This document shows positions 44,474 to 54,900 of a stretch of 64,000 nt of DNA, one piece after another. Both the position numbers and the translations under genes were made by a program. The notes beneath the pieces were generated by a model. The model was not told the DNA's origin and did not search any database. It worked only from the letters and a program-made list of their open reading frames with translations. Source of the stretch: Bacteroidales bacterium (GTDB lineage Bacteria > Bacteroidota > Bacteroidia > Bacteroidales > P3); contig JAFXAD010000055.1 of the NCBI GenBank assembly GCA_017522065.1, positions 1,072 to 65,071 of the forward strand, written 5' to 3'. Every line of letters begins with the position of its first letter. Positions within the stretch are counted from its first letter, which is position 1.

Positions 44474-47400
44474 ATGCAGAATAAAGGACTTATCAGATTT
44501 TTAGCGATAGCCTTTGTGCTTGTTTGTTTGTTTCAATTGTCATTTTCTTTTGCTACAAAGAAGGTGGAGAATAAAGCCAAGGCCAACGCTGCAAAGTATG
44601 TCGAGAGTGCACAAGGGCAGAGTGATATTAATGCCTGTGTCAAAAAACAAGGCAACAGCGAGTTGAGTGCTGCTGAACTTAAGAATTTGACTGCTATCGT
44701 AACTGACTCGTTGCGTACTGTAAAAGAAACCTACTACCTTGATTCCATGGCTAATGAAAAAGTCTGGTTGGGTTTCACCTACAAGAAATGCCAAGCTCGC
44801 GAAATCAATCTTGGCCTCGACCTCAAGGGCGGTATGAATGTCATGCTTGAAGTTTCAACAGTCGATGTGGTAAAAGCTCTCGCCAACTATACCAACGACG
44901 AAACTTTCAACAAAGCTGTCGAAATGGCTCTGGAACAACAGAAGAAGTCTGTTAACGAGGATTTCGTAAGCCTTTTCTATGATGCCATAATTTCTATCAA
45001 ACCTGATGTCCGCCTCGCTGGATATTTCAGCAGCCAACTTACTGGCACGACTCTGAATGATGACAACAATACCATTCTCGCCAAACTGAAAGAAGAAACC
45101 AGCAGCGCTTATGACAGAACTTATGAAATCCTTCGCAAGCGTATCGACAAGTTCGGAGTTGCTCAGCCTACTATCCAGAAACTCCAGGCTTCCGAACGTA
45201 TCCTCGTCGAGCTCCCTGGTGTTAAAGATCCTCAGCGCGTGCGCAAACTTTTGAAAGGTACTGCTCAGCTCGAGTTCTGGGCTACATATAGTGGCGATAT
45301 GACAGATGCACGCCTGCTTAACGAATACAATCGTGTTGCCGGCTACCTTACCGCTACTGACGAATACCTTGCCGCTCGTCACAACAATAATACCGTGGAC
45401 TCAGTGGTGGCCGCTGACAGCAACGCTGTGGCTGACTCTGTTGCTACAACCGAACAGACTGAACTTGCTGGTGTTCCTGAAGCAGAAACCGACGCTCAGT
45501 CTGAACAGTATAGAAAAGAGCACCCCCTCATGTCTCTCTTCGCTCAGTGGCAGGGCTATCAACCCTATCCTCCGGTCGTCTTCCGCGCAACCGAGGCCGA
45601 CACTGCAGCTGTTAACCGCATGATTGCCGAAGGTATCCGCGCTGGCAAAATCAATGCCCGCGAAGTCAAATACCTCTGGTCTGTAAAACCTGTCGAAGAG
45701 AATTCTAATATCTTTGAACTTTATGCAATCAAGATTGAGGACTATGACAGAAACACAAACCTCCCCAAGGCTAAACTCGACGGAAGCGTGATTACGGACG
45801 CCCGCCAGGATTTCAGCAACACGGAAGGTAATGAGATTTCCATGTCGATGAATTCCGAAGGTGCTCACGCTTGGAAAAACATTACGCACGACAATATCGG
45901 TAAATGTGTCGCCATCGTTCTTGACGACCAGGTCTATTCCGCACCTCGCGTCAATGGCGAAATCGCCGGAGGCCGTTCCTCGATAACTGGTAACTTCACC
46001 CTCGATGAGGCAAAAGACCTCGCCAATGTCCTTAAGTCTGGTAAGCTCCCCGCTCCAGCACGCATCGTCCAGGAGGCTGTCGTAGGACCTTCGCTCGGTC
46101 AGGAATCAATCCACAAAGGACTTGTCTCTTTCATCCTTGCATTTATTATTGTACTTATATATATGGTCGTATTCTACAATCGTGCCGGTTGGGTCTCGGT
46201 TGTGGCTTTGGTGACCAACGTTTTCCTTCTGATGGGTGTGCTCGCATCGATTGGTTCAGTTTTGACTTTGCCTGGTATCGCAGGTATTGTCCTGACAATG
46301 GCAATGGCTGTCGACGGTAACGTTATTATATACGAACGTGTCAAGGAAGAACTGAGAGCAGGCAATAGTCTGTCCAACTCAATTGATAAGGGCTTCAAGA
46401 ATGCTATGTCGGCAATCATCGACGGTCAGGTCACTACCTTCCTCCTCGGTCTTGTGCTTATCATGTTCGGCTCAGGTACAATCCAGGGCTTCGCAGTGAC
46501 TCTCTGCATCGGTATTGTAACTTCGTTGTTCACGAGTATCTTCATTACCCGTCTGGTTATCGACTGGATGCTTAACCACAAGAAGAAAATCAACTTCTCG
46601 TTCAGCTTCAGCGAAAACTTCATGCGTAACGCCAACTTCGATTTCATGGGCAAACGCAAAGTTTTCTACATCATTGCTGCATGCGCTATCGTCCTTTGCC
46701 TTGTCGGTATTTTTGGCCGTCATTTAAGCATGGGCATCGATTTCACGGGTGGACGTACCTATGTGGTGCGTTTCGATCAGGATGTCAATGTCGTTGACGT
46801 TCGCGCAAGCTTGGCCGACGAGTTCGACGAAGCTCCTGAGGTCAAGTCATACGGCCCCAACAATCAGGTCAAGATTACCACCAACATCGTGGCCGAGGAT
46901 TACTACGAGGCTTACAGACAAGCTCACAATCTGTCAGCTAATGATACTATCACTGATGAGATGGTGATAAATGAAAAGCTGTTCGAAGGCACAAAGAAAT
47001 ATTTCTCAAAAACTGACGACGGCAAAGATATCTCACTGGCACAGTTCTCGAATGCCGATATTTATCCTTATGGAATTATTCAGTCCGAACAAGTGGAGGC
47101 TACAATGGCAACGGATATGAAACGCTCATCCATACTCGCTGTCCTTGGCGGCTTGCTTGTGATATTCGCCTACATCGGAATCCGCTTCAAGAGCTGGCGT
47201 TTCGGTATCGGTAGTATCACGGCTCTTGCTCATGATACAATTCTTATCATTGGTCTCTTTGCATTGCTGCGTGGCATCATGCCTTTCAGCCTTGATGTCG
47301 ACCAGTCGTTCATCGCAGCAATACTTACAGTGATCGGTTACTCTATCAACGCTACCGTGGTTATCTTCGACCGCGTGCGTGAAAACCGTAGCCTCTATCC

Positions 47401-47647
47401 CAAACGTACTCTCATTCAGCACATGAACGATGCCATCAATTCAACATTGGCTCGTACAATCAACACGTCCGGTACGACATTCTTCACACTGCTCATGATG
47501 TTCATCTTCGGTGGTGAAGTTATCCGCGGTTTCATATTCGCTTTGTTGATCGGCGTGCTCTGCGGTATGTTCTCCTCTGTATGTCTGGCATGCCCCATCG
47601 TATACGAGGTTAGCAAGAAGAGAGAGGAAAAAAGACTTCAGGCTTAA
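44474..47647 (+). CDS. secDF: protein translocase subunit SecDF fusion
   Basis: 1057 aa. SecD periplasmic domain (LGLDLKGGMNV) followed by two 6-TM bundles (AGIVLTMAMAVDGNVIIYERVKEE; TVIGYSINATVVIFDRVREN). Confidence 0.95.
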   Translation: MQNKGLIRFLAIAFVLVCLFQLSFSFATKKVENKAKANAAKYVESAQGQSDINACVKKQGNSELSAAELKNLTAIVTDSLRTVKETYYLDSMANEKVWLGFTYKKCQAREINLGLDLKGGMNVMLEVSTVDVVKALANYTNDETFNKAVEMALEQQKKSVNEDFVSLFYDAIISIKPDVRLAGYFSSQLTGTTLNDDNNTILAKLKEETSSAYDRTYEILRKRIDKFGVAQPTIQKLQASERILVELPGVKDPQRVRKLLKGTAQLEFWATYSGDMTDARLLNEYNRVAGYLTATDEYLAARHNNNTVDSVVAADSNAVADSVATTEQTELAGVPEAETDAQSEQYRKEHPLMSLFAQWQGYQPYPPVVFRATEADTAAVNRMIAEGIRAGKINAREVKYLWSVKPVEENSNIFELYAIKIEDYDRNTNLPKAKLDGSVITDARQDFSNTEGNEISMSMNSEGAHAWKNITHDNIGKCVAIVLDDQVYSAPRVNGEIAGGRSSITGNFTLDEAKDLANVLKSGKLPAPARIVQEAVVGPSLGQESIHKGLVSFILAFIIVLIYMVVFYNRAGWVSVVALVTNVFLLMGVLASIGSVLTLPGIAGIVLTMAMAVDGNVIIYERVKEELRAGNSLSNSIDKGFKNAMSAIIDGQVTTFLLGLVLIMFGSGTIQGFAVTLCIGIVTSLFTSIFITRLVIDWMLNHKKKINFSFSFSENFMRNANFDFMGKRKVFYIIAACAIVLCLVGIFGRHLSMGIDFTGGRTYVVRFDQDVNVVDVRASLADEFDEAPEVKSYGPNNQVKITTNIVAEDYYEAYRQAHNLSANDTITDEMVINEKLFEGTKKYFSKTDDGKDISLAQFSNADIYPYGIIQSEQVEATMATDMKRSSILAVLGGLLVIFAYIGIRFKSWRFGIGSITALAHDTILIIGLFALLRGIMPFSLDVDQSFIAAILTVIGYSINATVVIFDRVRENRSLYPKRTLIQHMNDAINSTLARTINTSGTTFFTLLMMFIFGGEVIRGFIFALLIGVLCGMFSSVCLACPIVYEVSKKREEKRLQA

Positions 47648-47674
47648 TAAATATAATGTATACAATATAATATT

Positions 47675-48100
47675 GTGGACTTCATTGATATCATAATAAC
47701 AATAGCCATTCTTGGTGTGGGTGGCCTTCTTTCCGGAGCAAAAAAAGGAAAGAAGGCTGCTCCGCAGCAATCTGCTCCAAGACCTGTGGCCCGCCCAGTC
47801 TTCGAAACTTTATTCGAGGATGACGACGATATATTTGATGAGGATGTCAATGAAGAGGTGTTCACCAGCGATTTCGCTGAAGATGTCAACGTTGAACGGG
47901 AAACCAACACTCAGGAAGAGTATTTCTCATACGAAAATCAAGATATGAATCAGACTTGGAAAGACACTTTCGAAAGTACAGAAAAGCCTGATTCCATGAC
48001 TAATGATATGGTTTCTGAAGAAACGGGGTATTTTGATGGCAAAATAGATATCCGTAAGGCTTTTATATATCAAACAATCTTGGAACGTGTGAATTACTGA
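47675..48100 (+). CDS. hypothetical protein with an N-terminal TM helix and a very acidic tail
   Basis: 141-aa ORF with a GTG start 27 nt after secDF. IIITIAILGVGGLLSG, then FEDDDDIFDEDVNEE. Confidence 0.45.
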   Translation: MDFIDIIITIAILGVGGLLSGAKKGKKAAPQQSAPRPVARPVFETLFEDDDDIFDEDVNEEVFTSDFAEDVNVERETNTQEEYFSYENQDMNQTWKDTFESTEKPDSMTNDMVSEETGYFDGKIDIRKAFIYQTILERVNY

Positions 48101-48180
48101 TTTTTCGTTCATCTGATGTCACTCTATAAGTAAATGAATAAATAAAATAAATAATTAACTGTCTTACAAAAACAACAAGT

Positions 48181-51100
48181 ATGTTTAGAAAGGTACTATT
48201 AACAATCGGGTTGCTTCTGGTCACTCAGGCAGTGGCCTTGGCACAGGGTACTATTAAAGGTACCATTACCGATGAATCTACCGGAGAACCCTTGATCGGT
48301 GCCAATGTCATCATCAAACAAGACGGACAGCTGGTATCAGGTGGACGTACAGACTTGGATGGTAACTATACTATCAAAGCTGTACAGGTAGGAAAGTATG
48401 ACATTGAGGTCTCTTATATGGGATATCAAACTGTCAAATCAGAGATTAACGTTAAGGCAACAGGCTTTACAGTTTACAACGAGAAACTGGGAAAATCGGC
48501 TGGCGGAAAACAGCTTCAAACCGTTGTTGTCAAAACTAACAAGGTGCCTGTTATCGAAATCGGTGCTCCAGAGTCTGGTACTCGTCTCTCGTCTGAGGAT
48601 ATCGGACGTATGCCGTCCAACTCTGTCGACGGAATCGTCGCAGCTGTCGCCGGTGTCGGATACAGCGATGGCGGCTCAGGTACGGCTCGTGGTGAAGAGG
48701 GTATGGTGACACAGGTCGGTGGCGTCCGTACTCGTACCGGTGTCAATGTCCCGAAAGAGGCAATCGCCGAAATCCAGGTCGTCCTCGGTGGTACACCTGC
48801 AAATATCGGTGAGGCAATCGGTGGTACTCAGATTATTACCCTCAAACCGCCTTCAAACAAGTTCATGGGTCTTGTCAAATATGAGACCTATCTCGATTAC
48901 CGTCTCAACAACAGCCTTGTTGTTTGGTTGACAGGTCCTGTCGCAAAGGCTGCCCTTAAAGATGAGAGTGGCAATAAGACCGGTACACGTACCCTTATCG
49001 GTTTCCGTTTCACCGGAACGGGCTCTTATTCCAAATTCGGTTACTACCGTCCTAAGGATGGACGCTACCTTGTCGTGAACGACGAAAAGGTTATGGAAAT
49101 CGAGAATTCGCCCATCGATTACGATCCTGTTGAGGGTACAGTCAACTACACCGCTCAGCATCTCCGCACTTCGGACTTCGTCGAAATCAAACGTCCTAAC
49201 GCTCGCAACTATTATGCAAACAAGGATCGTCAAGCTGATTTCGGCAGCTACTCCATCGCTCTTCAGGGTGCTTTGGATTTCCGTTTCACCGAACTTACGT
49301 CTTTGGTGCTGACTGGCGAATATGACTATTCTTATGGCCCGAACACAAGTCTTGCTTATTTCCCGCTCAACTTGCACAATGCTGCCAATGGCGTAAACAA
49401 GACTCACAATATGTCGATCACCGCTGATTTCACCCAGCGCTTCAAAGACCCTGAGCCTGTTGCTGACGAAAGTAATCCAGACGCCAAGTCGGAACCCGTT
49501 GTATCGAAGGTTATGTACAACATCACTGCTATGTACAACCGCTATACAACCAAGTCCTACAATGAGCAGTTCGGCGACGACCTCTTCAAATATGGTCATA
49601 TCGCTACTTTCTACAGAACTCAGACTCCTTCGTATGAAATCAGAACCGATTATGAGTATCAAGGAACCACAACGTCGGCTTATGTGCAGAACAGCTGGAT
49701 CGAGAATTCGCAGTTTGTAGCTCCCTCTGAGTACAACCCCATTCTTTCCAACTATACCACTCAGCTTTACAACATTCCTTCGCTGGCTCCGTATCTGAAC
49801 AGATTTGACAATATCCGTTCATTCAACGGCTTGTACAACGGTCAGAGCCCCTCATACATCTATGGTCTCTCTTCCTATGCCAACGTTGGTGTTCAGAACG
49901 CTTCGTACGCAAAACAGGAAAACAACTATTATTATGTGTCGGCTAAGGCTGCTGCAACCGTCAAGGGTCATGACCTTGAAATCGGATTCCAGTATGACCA
50001 GTACACTGCTGCATACTATGGCCTCTCGGCTTACAGCCTCTGGACCATCATGCGTCAGAACGCCAACGCCCATATCCTTAACCTCGACTTCGAAAGTCCT
50101 ATAGAACGCACCGTCGGTGACGTCCTGTATGTTGACTACAACCGTAAGTATGTCGAGGGTACCGAGACTTTCTCGGCTGAGGCTATCCGTAATGCCGTTG
50201 GTCTTAGCATGACCGACTGGCTCGACGTTGACCGCTACTCTCCAGATGATTTCAACTCATTTGGCGGCATCAACCTCTTCTCGGCAAATGAACTTTTCAA
50301 CAACGGTAACCAGATCGTCAGCTACTACGGCTTCGACCACACTGGTGAAAAATACCGCAGAGGTACTTGGCAGCTCGAAGACTTCTTCGACCCCGTCGGA
50401 CGTGGCCATAAGAACTTCCAGTATCTGCCTTCGTTCTCGCCCATCTATGCTGCTGGATACATCCAAGACAAGTTCTTCTTCCAGGATCTTATCTTCAACG
50501 TCGGTGTTCGCGTCGACTACTTCGATGGTAACCAAATGGTTCTTAAAGACCCCTACCTGCTCTATGAGTCTTACACAATTGGCGACCTCAAGAACGGTAA
50601 AGCCCCCTATAACACTGACAGAGCAAACAACGCTTTCCCAGAGGCTGCAACCGACGATTGGGTAGTCTATGTTAACGCATACGATGCCACCATTCCTACC
50701 GTAAGAGGTTATCGTAACGATGGTGTATGGTATAATAAAGAAGGTGTCGAGGTCTCTGCACCGAGCCTTATCTCGGGTGAGTCTGGTAAACCGACTCCTT
50801 ATCGTACCGTCGACAGCCGTATCCCGAACAGCAGCGGCAACTACGTCAAATCGAGTGCTTTCGAAGACTACAAGCCTCAGATTGTTGTCATGCCCCGTAT
50901 CGCATTCTCTTTCCCTGTCAACGATATGTCTCAGTTCAAGGCTAACTACGACATTATTGCACGTCGTCCCTCTTCGGGATGGCAAGCCGACTATCTCAGT
51001 TATCTCTACATGAGCCAGGTTACCGGTGCAATCAGCAACCCCAACCTGAAACCGGAACGTGTTACCAACTACGAGCTCGGTTTCCAGCAGGCTCTTAACA

Positions 51101-51960
51101 AAGACAAGACTGCTGCCCTCAGTATCTCGGCTTACTATAAGGAGACACGCGACCTTATTCAGTTGGTTCAGTACGCAGGTGCTGACCCCAACCAGAACTA
51201 CTATTCCTATGACAACCTCGATTTCAAAACTACCAAAGGTTTCTCCCTCTCTTTCGATATGCGTCAGAGCAACAACGTCCGTATCAATGCCAACTACACT
51301 CTCCAGTATGCCGAGGGTACAGGTTTGTCCGCGACAACAATGTCTGAACTTATCAAGGAAGGTTATACTACTCTTAAAATGCTGAATCCTATTGCCGACG
51401 ACCGCCGTCACGAGTTCAAAGCTAATGTCGACTACCGTCTTGGAAAGGAACAGGGTTGGAAGATTACTCGCACCGTTAAGGACAAAGACGGTAATCCCCG
51501 CAAGAAAGACATCTACCCGTTCCAAAATTTTGGTGTCAACTTCCTCGCTGTCGCACAGTCCGGCCGTCCCTACACAAGACAGTTCAGCAACACTCAGCAG
51601 ACTATCGTCGGAAGTTATCGTGGTGCACGTCTGCCTTGGGGCTTCTACTTCAATGTTGTCGTCGACAAGAGCTGGCCGATCGAAATCAAACGCGAAAACG
51701 GCAAGAACCGTCAGACTATGCTCAACGCTTCGGTCACTGTCAACAACCTCTTTGACATCAGAAATGTCACTGGCGTGTTCGCAGTCACCGGCAACCCCTC
51801 GGACAACGGTTACCTTACCGACCCGGAAACTCAGGCTGTTATCAACTCCTATCTCGATCCCGATTCCTACAGAGATCTCTACTCGATCTATCTGAACAAC
51901 GGATTCTGGAACTGGTCTTCGCCGAGAACTATCCGTGTCACGTTGACCTATAACTTCTAA
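48181..51960 (+). CDS. TonB-dependent-receptor-like outer-membrane barrel with an N-terminal CarboxypepD_reg domain (no SusD partner)
   Basis: Signal peptide. QGTIKGTITDESTGEPLIGANVIIKQ...SYMGY. Plug-like segment (IEIGAPESGTRLSSEDIGRMPSNSVDGIVAAVAGV). Long strand-rich region ending RVTLTYNF. Confidence 0.85.
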   Translation: MFRKVLLTIGLLLVTQAVALAQGTIKGTITDESTGEPLIGANVIIKQDGQLVSGGRTDLDGNYTIKAVQVGKYDIEVSYMGYQTVKSEINVKATGFTVYNEKLGKSAGGKQLQTVVVKTNKVPVIEIGAPESGTRLSSEDIGRMPSNSVDGIVAAVAGVGYSDGGSGTARGEEGMVTQVGGVRTRTGVNVPKEAIAEIQVVLGGTPANIGEAIGGTQIITLKPPSNKFMGLVKYETYLDYRLNNSLVVWLTGPVAKAALKDESGNKTGTRTLIGFRFTGTGSYSKFGYYRPKDGRYLVVNDEKVMEIENSPIDYDPVEGTVNYTAQHLRTSDFVEIKRPNARNYYANKDRQADFGSYSIALQGALDFRFTELTSLVLTGEYDYSYGPNTSLAYFPLNLHNAANGVNKTHNMSITADFTQRFKDPEPVADESNPDAKSEPVVSKVMYNITAMYNRYTTKSYNEQFGDDLFKYGHIATFYRTQTPSYEIRTDYEYQGTTTSAYVQNSWIENSQFVAPSEYNPILSNYTTQLYNIPSLAPYLNRFDNIRSFNGLYNGQSPSYIYGLSSYANVGVQNASYAKQENNYYYVSAKAAATVKGHDLEIGFQYDQYTAAYYGLSAYSLWTIMRQNANAHILNLDFESPIERTVGDVLYVDYNRKYVEGTETFSAEAIRNAVGLSMTDWLDVDRYSPDDFNSFGGINLFSANELFNNGNQIVSYYGFDHTGEKYRRGTWQLEDFFDPVGRGHKNFQYLPSFSPIYAAGYIQDKFFFQDLIFNVGVRVDYFDGNQMVLKDPYLLYESYTIGDLKNGKAPYNTDRANNAFPEAATDDWVVYVNAYDATIPTVRGYRNDGVWYNKEGVEVSAPSLISGESGKPTPYRTVDSRIPNSSGNYVKSSAFEDYKPQIVVMPRIAFSFPVNDMSQFKANYDIIARRPSSGWQADYLSYLYMSQVTGAISNPNLKPERVTNYELGFQQALNKDKTAALSISAYYKETRDLIQLVQYAGADPNQNYYSYDNLDFKTTKGFSLSFDMRQSNNVRINANYTLQYAEGTGLSATTMSELIKEGYTTLKMLNPIADDRRHEFKANVDYRLGKEQGWKITRTVKDKDGNPRKKDIYPFQNFGVNFLAVAQSGRPYTRQFSNTQQTIVGSYRGARLPWGFYFNVVVDKSWPIEIKRENGKNRQTMLNASVTVNNLFDIRNVTGVFAVTGNPSDNGYLTDPETQAVINSYLDPDSYRDLYSIYLNNGFWNWSSPRTIRVTLTYNF

Positions 51961-51989
51961 TTTGTTATAATGTGAAAAATTATAAAGAA

Positions 51990-54900
51990 ATGAAAAATAT
52001 ATTTATTAAAACAGTCTTGATGGCTTTTGTGTTCTCATCTATGATGGGAACAGCCGTGGCCCGCGAATGCACTACATGCAAGAAGGCAACCACGACAAAG
52101 ACTGCTATGCAGTCGAAGGCCGCTGCGTGCAAAAGAGCGCAGAGTACTGCTGAGCTGAACGTGAACAATGTCCGCGCATTAATTAACGGTTACGGCAATA
52201 TGTGGTATGACGGTAGTATCTCACAGTATCACATTCCTAAAGATGCCAACACAACTCCTATGTATTGTGCTGCTCTTTGGATCGGTGGTACCGATGTTAA
52301 CCAACAGCTTCGTCTTGCAGCCCTCCGTTTCGGTCAGGATGGCGATGACTATTGGCCGGGTCCCCTCACCGTAGATGGCGCTGCCGATATCTCTATCGAG
52401 GTGTGTAACTACTATGACCGCCACTACAAAATCACCCAGACGGAAGTCCAGACTTTCATGCAGATGTTCGACTATTCCAAGTTCCCTGCTGAACGCCGCG
52501 ACAACTATGATGAGAGTCTCGTCGCTCAAGTGATAAAGGAATGGCCTGCTCATGGCAATTTCGCCAACCAGTCCTATTACCTGGCTCCCTTCTTCGACGC
52601 TAATGGCGACCACAGATACAACTACCAGGACGGTGACTATCCGTACTATGACTTCGACAATGCTCTCTGCCCGCGTACTCTTAAAGCTGCCCTTAAACCC
52701 GGTGAAAACTATTCTCCGAAACCGACTATGGACGACTCCGCCGGAATCGTCAAGAAGGGAACCGGTCTGCTCTCAGACCAGGTGCTTAAAGGCGACCAAA
52801 CAATCTGGTGGGTGTTCAACGATATGGGTAACACTCATACCGAGTCGGGTGGACAACCTATCGGTCTCGAAATCCGTGCACAGGCTTTCGCTTTCTCGAC
52901 CAACGACGAGATCAATAACATGACCTTCTATTCGTACGAAATCATCAACCGTTCCACATACGAACTGCGCAACACTTACTTCAGCCAGTGGGTTGACCCG
53001 GATTTGGGTTACGCTCAGGACGACTATGTAGGTTGCGACGTCAAACGTGGTTTGGGTTATTGCTATAACGGTGACGAAGAGGATGGTCCCGGAACGGGCC
53101 AGTACAGTGGTATCCCCCCAGCAGTTGGTATCGACTTCTTCCAAGGCCCTTACATGGATCCTGACGGTATCGACAACCCCAGAATCGACATCTCTAAGAT
53201 GGCTTTATACTATCCTGAAAAACTCGCTGAATATCGTCTCGTCAATGGCGGATACGACACTATCAAACTCAACGACGATGCTGACCTCTACTATCCTCTC
53301 GCTTGGTATTTCCAAAAAGACGACTCTATCGGAAACTGTGCTATCAATGGTGTGAACTTCGGTAACAACATTGTTGATGACGAACGTTTCGGTATGCGCC
53401 GCTTCGTTTATTATAACAACTCTGCTACTGCAGACAACGGTGAACCCGACAAGGCTACCGACTACTACAACTACCTGCAGGGTATATGGAGAAATGGCCG
53501 TCCCATGACCTTCGGAGGCAACGCTATCAATACCGGTACTTCTACCATCAAGTGCGACTTCATGTTCCCCGACGACAGCGACCCCTTGCTCTGGGGAACC
53601 AACGGTGTCCGTCCCGACGACGAGTTCCTGCCTTTCGGTTGGAATGAAACAAGCATCGCCGGCAATTCTCCTTCAGACCGCCGTTTCATGCAGTCTGCAG
53701 GTCCTTTCACCCTGATGCCCGGTGCTGTCAACTATATTACCGTAGGTATTCCTTTCGCCCAGGCCACCAGCGGTTCTGCTTGGACTTCGGTCGGACTGCT
53801 CCGCGAAATCGACGATGTCTGCCAGGCTCTCTTCGAAAACTGCTTCAAGGTTCTTGATGGTCCAGACGCTCCTACACTCGTCGTTCAGGAAATGGATAAA
53901 GAGGTTATCCTCTACATCACTTACGAGAATCCTTCTTCAAACAACTACAACGAGAAATACAACGAGGAAGATCCTTCTATCGTTCGTACTTATATCGATA
54001 ATGGCAAGACTGTTGCCTACACCAAAGACCAACGCAGCTACAAGTTCGAAGGTTATCAGATCTATCAGCTCGCCAATGCCAGCGCTTCTGTCGCTGACAT
54101 CGGAGATGAGACTAAAGCACGCCTCGTCTTCCAGTGCGATGTCGAGAACTACTACGATGCTGTCTCTGCTATCGATACCGTTGCAATAACCGAAAATGGT
54201 GTCGTTACAGGCTATCGTTATGATACCACTTATAACGACAATCCCACCATTCCTATCGGAAAACTTGTAAACTACAACACCAACTCTTCTACTGGTATCC
54301 TTACCGGCAAGATTATGGTTGATGGCGAAAACAGCGGTATCAAACACGTTGTCCGTATCACTACCGACCAGTTTGCCAAGGGTAACAATACCAACCTCGT
54401 TAATAATAAAGAATACTATTATGTTTGTGTCGCTTACGCACACAACCGTTACAAAGAGTATTCTCAGACCGACCCGTCTAAACTTGATGGACAGAAAGAG
54501 CCTTACCTCGCTGGCCGTAAGAACGAAAAGGGCGGTACTATCTCTCCTGTCACCGCCAAACCTCACGATCCTTCGAGCGAAAACGGTGGTACCATCGTCA
54601 ATGCTACCTTCGGCATGAGTCCTAACATCACCCGTATCGACGGTTATGGCAACGGCGGTAACGCTCTTCGTCTGACCGAAGAGTCCATCCAGGAACTCAT
54701 GGGTGCTCCCGGCGAACCTGCTAAGGCTCCCGGCGAATTCACCATGGTTGATGGCGTTCAGCAGATGCAGAACCCCTGTATCATTACCCGTCCTCGTTAC
54801 GAGCAGAACTATGGTCCTATCAATGTGCGTGTCATCGACCCGCTGAACATCAAGCAAGGAACATTCTACATCAAATTCAACGGTGTCGACAACACATCGA